A DNA stretch of 64,000 bases from Octopus sinensis. Taxonomy: Eukaryota. Each line of letters begins with the position of its first letter. Within the stretch, counting starts at the first letter, position 1. Of this stretch, positions 35,844 to 48,394 are shown piece after piece. Both the position numbers and the translations under genes were made by a program. The stretch is from the NCBI RefSeq assembly GCF_006345805.1, contig NC_042999.1, positions 8,556,001-8,620,000 of the forward strand, written 5' to 3'. Below the pieces are notes generated by a model, which was not told the DNA's origin, searched no databases, and was given only the letters and a program-made list of their open reading frames with translations.

Positions 35844-36245
35844 CTAGCAGTATCGCCCGGCATTGCTCGGGTTTGTAAGGGAAATAACTATATAAGCATT
35901 TTTAGAGATGTAAAGTATAATAGCCATCTCAATATGGCTAACCACAAAGGGGTGGTGGGGGTGTTACTGTAGCTTTTTACGTTCTGAGATTTAATAATAA
36001 ATTCTTAGAGAGTTACTTCCCTTATATATGACAAAAATACATTAAAAATGGGAAAAAATTATGGTAAATTTTTTTTTAAATCATAGACTCATCGTAGATG
36101 CGCGCTAATATGCAGAAGGGCTCGATATGAATCACGACTATAAGATACCCGGTTTTGGTTAAACTGCACCGCAAAATGTGGGAGTAGTTAGGGATCTAAA
36201 TCGTAGGAGACAGACAGCACACAACCTCACTTTTATATATAAAAA
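35844..36245 (-). mobile_element. Non-autonomous Helitron, family H1, second copy with a different interior
   Basis: TACTAGCAGTATCGCCCGGCATTGCTCGGGTTTGTAAGGGAAATAAC is the reverse complement of 1035-1084. The other end matches 590-770. Confidence 0.7.
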
Positions 36246-36254
36246 TATCCATGC

Positions 36255-37425
36255 TAGTGGAGCACTAAGAGAACCATCCAAGCATGATCGTTGCCAGAGC
36301 ACCTAACTGGCATTCGTGCTGGTGGGACGTAAAAAGCACCATTCGAGCGTGATCGTTGCCAGAGCAGCTAACTGGCATTCGTGCTGGTGGGACGTAAAAA
36401 GCACCATTCGAGCGTGATCGTTGCCAGAGCAGCTAAGGGCATTCGTGCTGGTGGGACGTAAAAAGCACCATTCGAGCGTGATCGTTGCCAGAGCAGCTAA
36501 CTGGCATTCGTGCTGGTGGGACGTAAAAAGCACCATTCGAGCGTGATCGTTGCCAGAGCAGCTAACTGGCATTCGTGCTGGTGGGACGTAAAAAGCACCA
36601 TTCGAGCGTGATCGTTGCCAGAGCAGCTAACTGGCATTCGTGCTGGTGGGACGTAAAAAGCACCATTCGAGCGTGATCGTTGCCAGAGCAGCTAACTGGC
36701 ATTCGTGCTGGTGGGACGTAAAAAGCACCATTCGAGCGTGATCGTTGCCAGAGCAGCTAACTGGCATTCGTGCTGGTGGGACGTAAAAAGCACCATTCGA
36801 GCGTGATCGTTGCCAGAGCAGCTAACTGGCATTCGTGCTGGTGGGACGTAAAAAGCACCATTCGAGCGTGATCGTTGCCAGAGCAGCTAACTGGCATTCG
36901 TGCTGGTGGGACGTAAAAAGCATCATTCGAGCGTGATCGTTGCCAGAGCAGCTAACTGGCATTCGTGCTGGTGGGACGTAAAAAGCACCATTCGAGCGTG
37001 ATCGTTGCCAGAGCAGCTAACTGGCATTCGTGCTGGTGGGACGTAAAAAGCACCATTCGAGCGTGATCGTTGCCAGAGCAGCTAACTGGCATTCGTGCTG
37101 GTGGGACGTAAAAAGCACCATTCGAGCGTGATCGTTGCCAGAGCAGCTAACTGGCATCGTGCTGGTGGGACGTAAAAAGCACCATTCGAGCGTGATCATT
37201 ACCAGCGTTGCCTTACTGGCACTTGTGCCTGTGTGCAGGTGATATGTAAAAGCATCCACTACACTCTTGGAGTGGTTAGCATTAGGGCATCCAGCTGTAG
37301 AAACTCTGCCAGATCAAGATTGGAGCCTGGTGCAGCCATCTGGTTTGCCAGCCCTCAGTCAAATCGTCCAACCCATGCTAGCATGGAAAGCGGACATTAA
37401 ACGATGATGATGATGATGATGATGA
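36255..37425 (+). mobile_element. RTE-3'UTR-type element with a 65-bp module amplified ~14x
   Basis: The array runs into the standard family end (GCATCCAGCTGTAGAAACTCTGCCAGATC...CCATGCTAGCATGGAAAGCGGAC...(GAT)n). Confidence 0.85.
36283..37200 (+). repeat. 65-bp tandem repeat, ~14 near-identical copies, no spacers
   Basis: GGCATTC recurs at 36309, 36374 and so on up to ~37153. Confidence 0.95.
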
Positions 37426-38156
37426 TATATATGTGTGTGTGTGTATGGCAGAGTTCTTCTCTGTTTCCATGTAGCCATGTAACAACCTTTGGGTTTTGAA
37501 AATTTGGTCGAAATAATCATGAAGAGGAAGACACTTTCTCAAAGGTGCTTGGCATTAGGTTGAAATTTGGTGGCACATGGCTGCAAAGTGATCTTCTTTA
37601 CCATGGTGCCACATCTGTGCCCCTGTATTTATAAAACACTTTTTTTGATTGCTCCATTTCCACCCACAGCTCTAATATTTGTAGCATCAGCATTATTGAA
37701 ATTTGCAATTATCTGAAGAAATTTCTCTTTTAATCGTAAGAATTATCTTTTGTTCTATTGACATGGAACAACCTTGAAGCAACGATAAAGCCAGAAAGTT
37801 CTTCATTTGCTTGGTATTTTCTTTGAAACCAAAAGCTGCTTCTTTTAATACCTGTCTGTTAGTTTTTGTTTGCCTTTCAGCACCACACCTTTAAAATATT
37901 TCCAAGAATTTCACTGTTTCCTCCACATTAGGAAACCTTAGTAAATGGCACTGACAGTGTCTGATTTTTGAATATAAATTGCTTATGTAAGAAGGAAGGA
38001 GTCTTTGATTAATTTTGGTTGTTTCTTGGAATTTATGAGAGATTTTGATGTGGCTGTTAGCAGTTGTTACGATGGCTTCATTTGTGTATATGTGTGTGTG
38101 AGTCTAGTTGTATGTCCGTGTGTGAAAAACTGTGGGTGACAGTCCAGTCTATGTAT

Positions 38157-38201
<45 letters not shown>

Positions 38202-38453
38202 AATGATGAACTCTGTTGAATAGGAATTCAGGTAGATAGACAGAATGAGAGCAAGAAATAGAAAAAGAGAAAGTGAGGGAGAGGAAGAGAGAGAGAAATA
38301 AACAGAGACAGAAAGAAAGTTATATATATATATATATAATATATATATATATATACCATATATACATATATATATATACACACACATGCATAAATATATA
38401 TATATATACACACGCACATATATATATATATACACACATACATACATACACAC

Positions 38454-38484
<31 letters not shown>

Positions 38485-38515
38485 CAGACAGACAGAGAGA
38501 AAATGAGGGAAATGA

Positions 38516-38568
<53 letters not shown>

Positions 38569-38657
38569 AGAAACGATGTGATATCCATTGTGAATAATTG
38601 AATCATTGGTATTGATATTAATTTCTGCTTCTAACTCTTTCGCTCCCTCGGTGCCAG

Positions 38658-38680
38658 CCTAAATGCATTTGGAAAGTCAG
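38658..38680 (+). other. Candidate 23-nt micro-exon of an unidentified + strand gene
   Basis: CTAAC branch motif at 38631, pyrimidine tract, CAG acceptor, CAG|GTATGA donor. Splice signals only. Confidence 0.3.
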
Positions 38681-39144
38681 GTATGACACTAAAACCGAAT
38701 TCCACAGCCCTCGTTAGTCATTAATGAATATAATTATTGATGAGACTCAAAGTAATTTTATTAATTTAGCCTGCAAATCCATTGTTTAAATGCATATTTC
38801 TATTATCATCATTTCTCACTCTCTTTCCTTCCTTCTCTCTTTCTCTTTTTTCCTCTCTCACTGTTTATCTATTTCCCTCTCTCTCTCTCTCTCTATCTTT
38901 CTATCTATCTACCTCTCTATCTATCTAACTACCTCTCTCTCTCTCTATTTATCTATCTATCTGCCTCTATCTCTCTCTATCCATCTCTCTCTGTCTCTCT
39001 ATCTATCTATCTACCTCTCTCTCTATCCATCTCTCTATCTCTCTATCTATCTATCTATCTATCTACCTAACCACTTCTCTCTCTCTATATCTATCTATCT
39101 ATCTACCTCTCTCTCTCTCTCTTTCTCTCTACCTCTCTCTCTCA

Positions 39145-39179
<35 letters not shown>

Positions 39180-39180
39180 C

Positions 39181-39212
<32 letters not shown>

Positions 39213-39213
39213 A

Positions 39214-39262
<49 letters not shown>

Positions 39263-39657
39263 ACTATCTGCCTATCTACCTCTTTGTACTCTACCCCCCC
39301 CCCAATATGCTGCACTCATCTCAAGAGCTGTTGACTGTCTGCATTCCTATGTTCTGAAATTAATGGTTTGTCTGGTGCCACACTGCAACGGATACAGATT
39401 CATGTCTAACTGAGTTGACAGGGAAAATGTGAAATGAAGAACCTTACCGAAGGACACAATGCACTGACCGGCGCCAGAGCGACTGGACTTTATGTGGTCA
39501 AGAAATGACCACAATGTCAGCATTTGACAAACGTCGGTAATGGCTGAAAGAGTACGATTACAAATATAAGTGGTTGAGATAAGGGGCCATTGAGGGAACA
39601 TTACTTGACAGGCTGTATTGCACAGTGATCAGGGGTCTCTTTGGGTCAAATCACTAC

Positions 39658-39735
39658 AAGCATATGGCATAGTGGTTAAGAGTGTGGGCTACTAACCCCA
39701 AGATGCCAAGTTTGATTCCAGGCAATGACCTGAAT
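39658..39735 (+). mobile_element. Second copy of the same tRNA-derived head followed by a long (AAT)n tract
   Basis: Near-identical to 8030-8105. Confidence 0.7.
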
Positions 39736-39754
39736 AATAGTAATAATCATAATC

Positions 39755-39809
<55 letters not shown>

Positions 39810-39842
39810 TGATGATAATAATAATAATTATTATATAATAAT

Positions 39843-40165
39843 TGTCTTGGTATAAAAGATAGGTTACAGCAAATATTCTGCTCAATACCACAGATTTGCT
39901 TGTCAGTTGTTTGATCTTAACCAGTTGAGCATGTCCCTTAGTGGCTGACGATATGTGCATCTCTGATCACGAGCAGAAGTAGTGGGGGAGCATCATAGCC
40001 CTGTGTTGAGAGGGATTCTTTGGGGTTCGAATAATTCACCTCTGGAAACGTGGGTGTTTCGTTCAACATTCTTAAACAACCCTTATTCAGGTTATTTTGA
40101 GTGGGATGGGTTACTCGACCAGAAGAAAATTCTAACTGGGCCCCACCTGCAAGGTCATGCCCTGT
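39843..40165. mobile_element. Same repeat, copy 3 (truncated on the right)
   Basis: Homology to 10303-10615. Confidence 0.8.
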
Positions 40166-41376
40166 AAGACTACTTTTCTCTTTATAAATATCCTAGAAAT
40201 TTTAACTGCCTTGGTTTTGCTGTTTCATTTTATTTAACATACGTATGTGTGTATGTATGTATGTATGTATGTATGTATGTATGTATGTATGTTCTTACGT
40301 ACGTACGTATGTATGTATGTATGTATGTATGTATAGTATGTTGTACGTACGTACGTATGTATGTATGTCTGTATCTATGTATGTATGTACGTACGTACGT
40401 ATGTATGTATGTATGTATGTATGTATGTATGTATGTGTGAATGTATGTATGTATGTATAAGGAGGGGGTGAGGGAAAGAGAGAACAAGCGAAAGATGTGA
40501 CACATGTGTATAAATATGTTAAATGTGTAAGTATGAATTAGTTATAGGATTCAATAGAATCTAGGCACATCAATGAGCAGGATGCCAAAAATGGCTAGGT
40601 ACAATAACAGGTATATATATATCTACTGTGTCCTACAAAAACTTGACAGCTTCAGTGCTGTTTTACCTATATGTGTCTGTATGGACCTCACCATTGTTGG
40701 CACCACAGAAAGAGCACCCAGGCCACTCTGTAAAATGGTTGGCATTGGGTAGGGTACCATACCTTAAAAGCCATGCCAAAGGAGAGAGTAGAGCCTGGTG
40801 CAGTCCACTGGCTTGCCAGCTCCTGTCAAGCCGTCCAATTCATGCCAGCATGGAAAATGGACATAAGATCAAGATGATGGTGATGACGACGATGACAACG
40901 ATGAAAATGATGATGATGATGATGTACATATATTAACCGAAAGTAACCTTTACAATATATGTTCAATGCTGTAATTTTTTGTTCGTACATCTCTCTGTAT
41001 GACTGTGTGTGTGTATGTGTGTGTGTGTGTGTGTGTGTATGTGAGCGTGTTTATACTGGCACTCAAACACACACATATATACACATGCGTATACACACAT
41101 ACATAAGTATTAGCGAAGGAAAAGTAAAATATATTTATGCATGAAGGTATACCTGTGTATATAAATATATGCAAGTCTATGTCTGTCTGTGTGTCTTAGT
41201 CACACACACACATACATATATGCACGTGTGCACACACACACACACACTTCCCCTCTCCCTTGTTGTGTATGTCTTCAGGCATTTATGTAAATATAAATAA
41301 ATATATATAAATGTGCATTTATGATATAAATATATACATATACATATATGTATACATACATACGTATAAACATATA

Positions 41377-41426
<50 letters not shown>

Positions 41427-42284
41427 TACAGACATATATAGATATATATATATATTTCATAGGGAAAGAGAGAGAAAGGAAGAGAGAGTTGTATACATTC
41501 ATATACACGTGTACAATCATGCATACATAGAAATATATACATACATACATACACATACATATATATATATATATACGCGTATATATATTGCATATATATA
41601 TTTACACACATATATAATATATTATATATATATATATATGTATATCTATATATACATATATATACATACACACACACATATATATGTATACATACATATA
41701 CATACATATATATATACATATACATACATGCATATATATATATCTACATACATATATAAATACATATATTCATACATCTATATATATACACATATATATA
41801 TACAGACACACACACACACACACATATATATACACACACACACACACATACACACACGCACCTATCTATATTTTACTTATTTCCTCTGAATACCCTTGCA
41901 AGATCCTCTTGCATTAATTTACCCATAGATTAAGCACCAAACAAATGCAGCTGGCGTAAACTTGTGCACAAAACCACGCAAAGCCCATTGCATCTTTAGA
42001 TATCTCAACCTCATACCATTAGATGCAACATGTTTTTGTTTATATATATATATTATATATAATATATTATATATATATTATTTATTTATTTATTTCTTGC
42101 TTCTTATTTTTGTTTTGTTTATTTTTGGTTGTGGAATATATTTTACTGTCTTTGATTTATGTCACGTTATTTTCTCATAATAACATATTTACATAGAATT
42201 TTGGGGCAGTTTGTTTTTTGGCTTTTTTTTTATTATTATTTACTTCTGTTTTATAACTTCATTTTATATATAAGTGTCACTAGC

Positions 42285-42319
<35 letters not shown>

Positions 42320-42640
42320 CATTATTATTATTATTATTATCATTATTGTTGTTGTTATTATTATTATTATTATTATCATTATTATTATTATTATCATTAT
42401 TATTATTATTATCATCATCATCATCTCATCATCACCATCACCATCACCATGACCACCATCCCCATGACCACCACCACCATCATCATCACCATCGCCATCA
42501 TCATCACCATCATCATCATCATCATCATCATCACCATCACCATCATCATCACCATGACCACCACCACCACCACCACCACCACCATCATCATCATCATTAT
42601 CATCACCATCACCATCATCACCACCACCACCACCACCACC

Positions 42641-42691
<51 letters not shown>

Positions 42692-42745
42692 GGGTGTGAT
42701 GGTAATATAATGATTTGAGCAAGTTTAATAATAATAATAATAATG

Positions 42746-42804
<59 letters not shown>

Positions 42805-42850
42805 AATAAAAATTATAATAATGATGATGATGATGATGATAGCAACAACA
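42285..42850. repeat. Compound trinucleotide microsatellite (ATT)n-(CAT/CAC)n-(AAT)n-(GAT)n
   Basis: Seen directly; source of the spurious poly-H/I/N ORFs. Confidence 0.95.
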
Positions 42851-43939
42851 AAATCTGTTGTTATGATAAAAAATTAAGGCGGGGATGTGGCAGAAGTGTT
42901 AGCATGCAGGGTGAAATGCTTTGTGGTATTTCACTAGTTGTTATGTTATGAGTTCGAATTCCACTGAGATCCACTTTGCCTTTCATCCTTTTGGGGGGGG
43001 GGTCAATAAAATATGTACCAGCTGAGTACTGGGGGTGGGGTGGGTGTGGGGTGATGTAATTGACTTGCTCCATTGTCTGAAATTGCTGGTCTTGTATCAA
43101 AATTTGAAACCAATGATGATGATAATGATGATGATGATAATGATAATATAGAACATTATGCTTGCAAAGGTGACACTGCTGTGTTCCGTTGTGTTGTTAT
43201 TACACATCGACACCACATTGAAAAACACATGATCACCATAAAAGAGAATTATCAAAGTGAAGGGAAACTAATGAAAAATTGAGGAAAATATCAATCTGAA
43301 TACACTTGTGGATCTATGGAAATTTTATGAAAATCTATGAACAAGATCCGAGAAATTAAAGTAAAAAAAAACTGAGAGGAAGATCGCATAATGTAAACAA
43401 AATGAAAGAAACATGAAAGCGATGACCTTTGCCAACCAATAAATGCATTGTAACTGAATCCATCATGTATAAAACAGATAAACCTCAAAAACTTATATGA
43501 TAAATGAGCCCTCAAAGTATTGTGAAAATGCAACGGAAGGCAGCAGCCATGGAACAAATAAGGTATTACAAATAAGATAAAAGTAGAAACGAAATATGAC
43601 AGAACACTGGAAAATGGTGATGGGAACCATACAAGTTAACATAGAAATGTTTAAGCAAATATTCTGGCACAATGAAAAATTGTATGTTTGAGTTTTCCGT
43701 CAAACAACAAAAGGAATAAACACATTGGCCCTTTTGATACAAATCCAGCTGAAACCGGCTCTGGCTCTGTAGTAGAAATGCCTTGTTTTCATGAGTTTTG
43801 AATTAAAAACTTACACTAAACCTTAGTCCCAATTTATGTTCCTAACACTAGCTGAATGATAACGAAGTAATTTTATTAAATTCTTTGTTATATTTAAAAT
43901 AATTGAGAGAAAAACAGCATCTCAAAATAAATACGGTAA

Positions 43940-44330
43940 CATCATCATCATCATCATCATCATCATCATTTAACGTCCGCTTTCCATGCTAGCATGGGTT
44001 GGACGATTTTGACTGAGGGCTGGCAAACCAGATGGCTGCACCAGGCTCCAATCTTGATCTGGCAGAGTTTCGACAGCTAGATGCCCTTCCTAACGCTAAC
44101 CACTTCGAGAGTGTAGTGGGTGCTTTTTATGTGCCACCAGCATGGGGGCCAGTCAGGCGGTACTACCAATGACCTTGCTCGAATCTTTTTGCACATGCCA
44201 CTGGCACATGTGCCAGTAAGGCAATGCTGGTAACGATCACGCTCGAATGGTGCCTTTTATGTGCCACCGGCACGAAGCCAGTTAGCCACTCTGGCAATGA
44301 TCACACTAGGATGGTGATCTTAGCACCCCA
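43940..44330 (-). mobile_element. RTE-3'UTR-type element, same subfamily as 4200 and 36255
   Basis: (CAT)n + TTAACGTCCGCTTTCCATGCTAGCATGG...GATCACGCTCGAATGGTGCC module. Confidence 0.8.
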
Positions 44331-44821
44331 CTGAAAGGTTTAAAACAGTCTAACAAGTGTTGACTTTCAGGAATTATCTGAACCCTTAAAGGGAATAGAA
44401 AGGAGCTCAACATTTTGCTACTGTAGTGGTGATTTGAAACTGAATCACTTGGTAGCCAAGCAGACAACAGGATCAGACCACAGTTGTTTTGACTGATCGG
44501 TATACTATGCGACCAATCGGTGCCAAGCCATCATGTGATTTGATTTTCTAGAACTTTCTCATTGTGGTTCATATAAAGTTGGTGTTTGGTGATAATTACC
44601 AGAATGTTGTGGCAGTTGCGTAACATCTACAGTCTCGTCACAACATCCATCTGATTGAGACAGCAGAGAGTAGACAGGAATTTTCCCTGCTAGAAACATA
44701 GCACAACTATTTCCCATTTGTGATGGTTCAACCACTGATTGCTACAACAGTTGACTTCAGAAAATTACTATTAGTAAACCTCACAACGTGAGATATTCAG
44801 CAACAGTACTTTGGAGTAAAG

Positions 44822-44955
44822 AATGCTTGCCAGCATAACATGGCAGTCCTGGTTTAGGACGAATGTTGCTGTAATTTAGCCACAGGAGACATCGTCTCCA
44901 GCTGGCTATACAACACGATCTGCGTCCTTATAGTTTCGAACAAGGGTATCTAGCA
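44822..44955. repeat. Diverged homolog of part of the 353-bp ribozyme unit; short second copy at 46715-46770
   Basis: Colinear by eye with the unit segment TTGCCATTTCAATATGGC...CCAGCTGGCCATAG...ATCTGTGTCCT. Confidence 0.6.
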
Positions 44956-44982
44956 CCCCCACTCAGCTCAAAACAATATCTA

Positions 44983-45220
44983 AGTCATTCTCTTTTGGTG
45001 CCTTATAATTTAACACAATCACTGATAAAATGTCTACTCATTTATTTTTCTAAAATTTTCGCTGTGTCTTGCAACCTTTTCGATAGTTTTTGACTCTCAA
45101 CAACAATGGTCAAAAACTATTGAAAAGGTTTCAAGACACAAAGAAAATTTTAGAAAAATAAATGAGTAGAAATTTTATCAGTGATTGTGTTAAATTATAA
45201 GGCACCAAAAGAGAATGACT
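44983..45220. mobile_element. MITE-like fold-back: 112-bp arms, 14-nt spacer
   Basis: 44983-45094 versus 45109-45220, near-perfect reverse complement. Confidence 0.75.
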
Positions 45221-45589
45221 CTCCCCAGACACAACAGAATTCACTGCATTTGTTTCAGGTAATTTATAGAAAAAAAATGCAGTTTGTACAGAAAAATATC
45301 TTGGTTATAATTATAGTGGTGTTTAGAAAATAGATTGAGATGGAATTTTGCTGAAAGGTTTGAATTCAGATCATTTTTAAAACAGGAAGATTGCATCACA
45401 GAACTAGAGCTGAGCTCAGGTAGGTTGGTATAAAAAAAAAAAGGTTCAAATAATCTGTCAGGTGTTATTTAACTTAACAGAATAGAGTACTCAACTGGAA
45501 TTTGAGAGGTGCAGGGTTTAATTCCCCATACAGATTTGCTGGTCAACTTTCAAAGGGTTAAAATAGTCTAAATCCTTAAATCCTTAAAA

Positions 45590-45960
45590 ATGTTTTAGCC
45601 CAAGGCCGTGGCCATGCTGGAACACCACCGCTGAATGAGCTATGCTAATATGTGAATCCACCTCTGATACGTGGCACTTGATCAACAAGGGAGTTCGATG
45701 CCGCTGCTCACATCTGTGTCTCCTGTCGTGAGGTAGGTTCATCTGGGACCCCCGACAAGAAGAGATCCAGCTTAGTTTTAAAGAAACCCACATCCACACC
45801 ATGTAAGTCTCTCAGGCATTTAGGGAGGATGTTAAAGAGCTGTGGTCCTCTGAAACCCAAGCTGTTGCAGTATCTGGACCTGTATTTTGATGGTGATGTT
45901 GGAATCTTTGGCGCCATGCAGTGGCGCCCCGTTCTGCAGTTGGGGTAACTTTGAATGCCA
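45590..45960 (-). mobile_element. CR1/L2-group LINE 3' end
   Basis: GPQLFNILPKCLRDL..FFKTKLDLFLSGVPDEP; 3' tail GGTGGTGTTCCAGCATGGCCAC. Confidence 0.7.
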
Positions 45961-46775
45961 AAGTCTAAATTAAAACCTTTCAGTATTTTATTTTAATTGA
46001 TGATTCTAAAAACAGCTTATGAAGGACAAAATTATTTTGATAAATTCTTTATTATTTTATAAGTTAATTGAAACAAAATTCGTGTATTTCAGCAAAAATA
46101 TGAAACATGAAGGATTAAAGTGATCTAAATTAAAATATTTTCTCAAAATTCTGGGTTATATTCCGAACACCAGATTAGTAATGACAAAAGGTTGGAGTCT
46201 TGATAACATTCATCTGATAAGAGGATGATGATGATGGTGGGAGTGTGGTAGTGGTGGTGGCAGTGATGGTGATGATGATGATGATGCTGCTACTGCTGTT
46301 GATAACGATGGTGCTCATGCCAATATGGATGATGATGGTGACGATGATGATGATGAGGATGAGGATGAGGATGAGGATGATGATGAGGATGAGGATGATG
46401 ATGAGGATGATGAAGATGATGATGATGATGATGATGAGGAGGAGGAGGAGGATGCTGTTGCTGCTGTTGACGACGATAGTGCTCATGCCAACATGGATAA
46501 CGATAACACTGACAACGATTAATTAAAGAAAGACTCGTTATCAATACATCCTCATCATCAATCAGCCACCCTACCCGGCCACGTCCCCCAACACACCCAC
46601 CAGTCCTTCCCCTCAATTCTTCCTCCCCCTTTTTTCCCCCCCTCAGTAGAGTCCCAACCGTTCCTTTCGCTTCTAAATCAAATCTCAGAGACTTCTAAGT
46701 CTCTGAGTACTTTGAAGTAAAGAATGTTTGCCAGCATAACATGGCAGTCCTAGTTTAGGACGAATGTTGCTGGTG

Positions 46776-46835
<60 letters not shown>

Positions 46836-47212
46836 ATGATGATAGGAATAACGCTGACTGAAATATAGGAAATGGATAAAATGAAAGTCGTAGCTGCCTC
46901 TGAGGTATGAGGACTGAGCAAGTCTAAAGTGACGTGGCGCTTTTTTGATAGGAAACGGAAAACGACAAAGGTTATATATATATATGTCTATGTATATATC
47001 TATATTTATATGTGTATGTATATATATTTATATATATATATATATAATATGTGTATATACATATATATATATATAAATATGTGTATATACATATATGTAT
47101 GGATGTATGTATATATATATATATATATAATATGTGTATATACATATATATATGGATGTATGTATATATATTTATATATATAAATATGTGTATATACATA
47201 TATATATGGATG

Positions 47213-47269
<57 letters not shown>

Positions 47270-47595
47270 ATATCTATATCTATATCTATCTATCTCTCTC
47301 TCTATCTATCTATATATATACATATATATATATATAGATAAATAGATAGATAGTGACAAACAGGAAAAGATAAGGAGAGGGAAAGAGAAGGAGTGAGAGA
47401 AAGCATAGAGAAGTAGAGAAAGAAAGAAAAAGAAATGCACAAATGCACACACACACACACACACGCATATATATATATATAGAGAGAGTATTGAAGTGGA
47501 AAGAGACATGGATAAATATCAAAGTGATGGGGTGGACAGTGGGATGGAGAAGGATAGATCCAAAAAGGAATGACATCCCCCACCTTACATACACT

Positions 47596-47626
<31 letters not shown>

Positions 47627-47632
47627 TGTATG

Positions 47633-47668
<36 letters not shown>

Positions 47669-48017
47669 CATAGAAATGCAGATATAAATATTTATACACA
47701 CACTCATGTACATAGATATATGCATGTGTGTGAGCGTGCATACATACATATGCATACATGTATGCTCCATACATACATACATACATACATCACACAAACA
47801 CACACATGGTAAAAATGAGAAAGAGTGACACTACGACAGTAAGAGAGAGAGAGAAAGAAAGAGGAAGCAATAATATAAAATGAGATGGTGATGGAGTTAG
47901 TGGAGGAGAAAGACAAACAAAGAACAAAGAATATTAAAATAAGGAAAAACCAACCAATGAAAGGAAGGTCAAGGAAGAATTTGGTTTGATGTAAAGAATG
48001 GAAGGAAAGCAAAATAA

Positions 48018-48133
48018 ATGAAAAATAGCAAAAAAAAAAGAGAAAAACCGAAGAATCGATAAAGAGGCGCTGTGGAGGTTTGTCACGTTCCTGCTGTGTT
48101 ATATTGGTGTTTTGGTATCGAGTTATTTATTAT
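48018..48133 (+). other. Candidate exon encoding a basic then hydrophobic segment
   Basis: IDKEALWRFVTFLLCYIGVLVSSYLL(W) followed by TG|GTAAGC; locally CpG-rich. The ATG at 48018 is out of frame by 1 across an A-run. Confidence 0.25.
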
Positions 48134-48394
48134 GGTAAGCATACCTCTATGGCATTGAAGTCATTTTCAATATTGGTTATTTACTACTGAAGATCTACGG
48201 CAGTGTTTTCCAACCATTTCTTGCCGTTGGACCTCTTTGATTCCTGTTTCACCCAGATGGGACCTCAAAACTCTTTGATGTTTTAAAAATCTTATATTTT
48301 TGAAAATTATTAGGAATTCTACAAAAAAAAAAAAAAAATGTCGTTAAAATATTTTCTGCATTGCAGAAGTAAAACTACTTATTTTTTTATATTC

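Noticed and set aside
36283-37200. CRISPR-like array
   Set aside because: Pure 65-bp tandem with no unique spacers, no cas genes, eukaryotic context, and the unit is an RTE 3'-UTR module.
42274-42951. Poly-His/Ile/Asn/Leu ORFs (also 46175-46616, 51915-52574, 53529-54054, 57502-58058, 58598-58918)
   Set aside because: Translations of trinucleotide microsatellites, open in several frames, with no splice or domain support.
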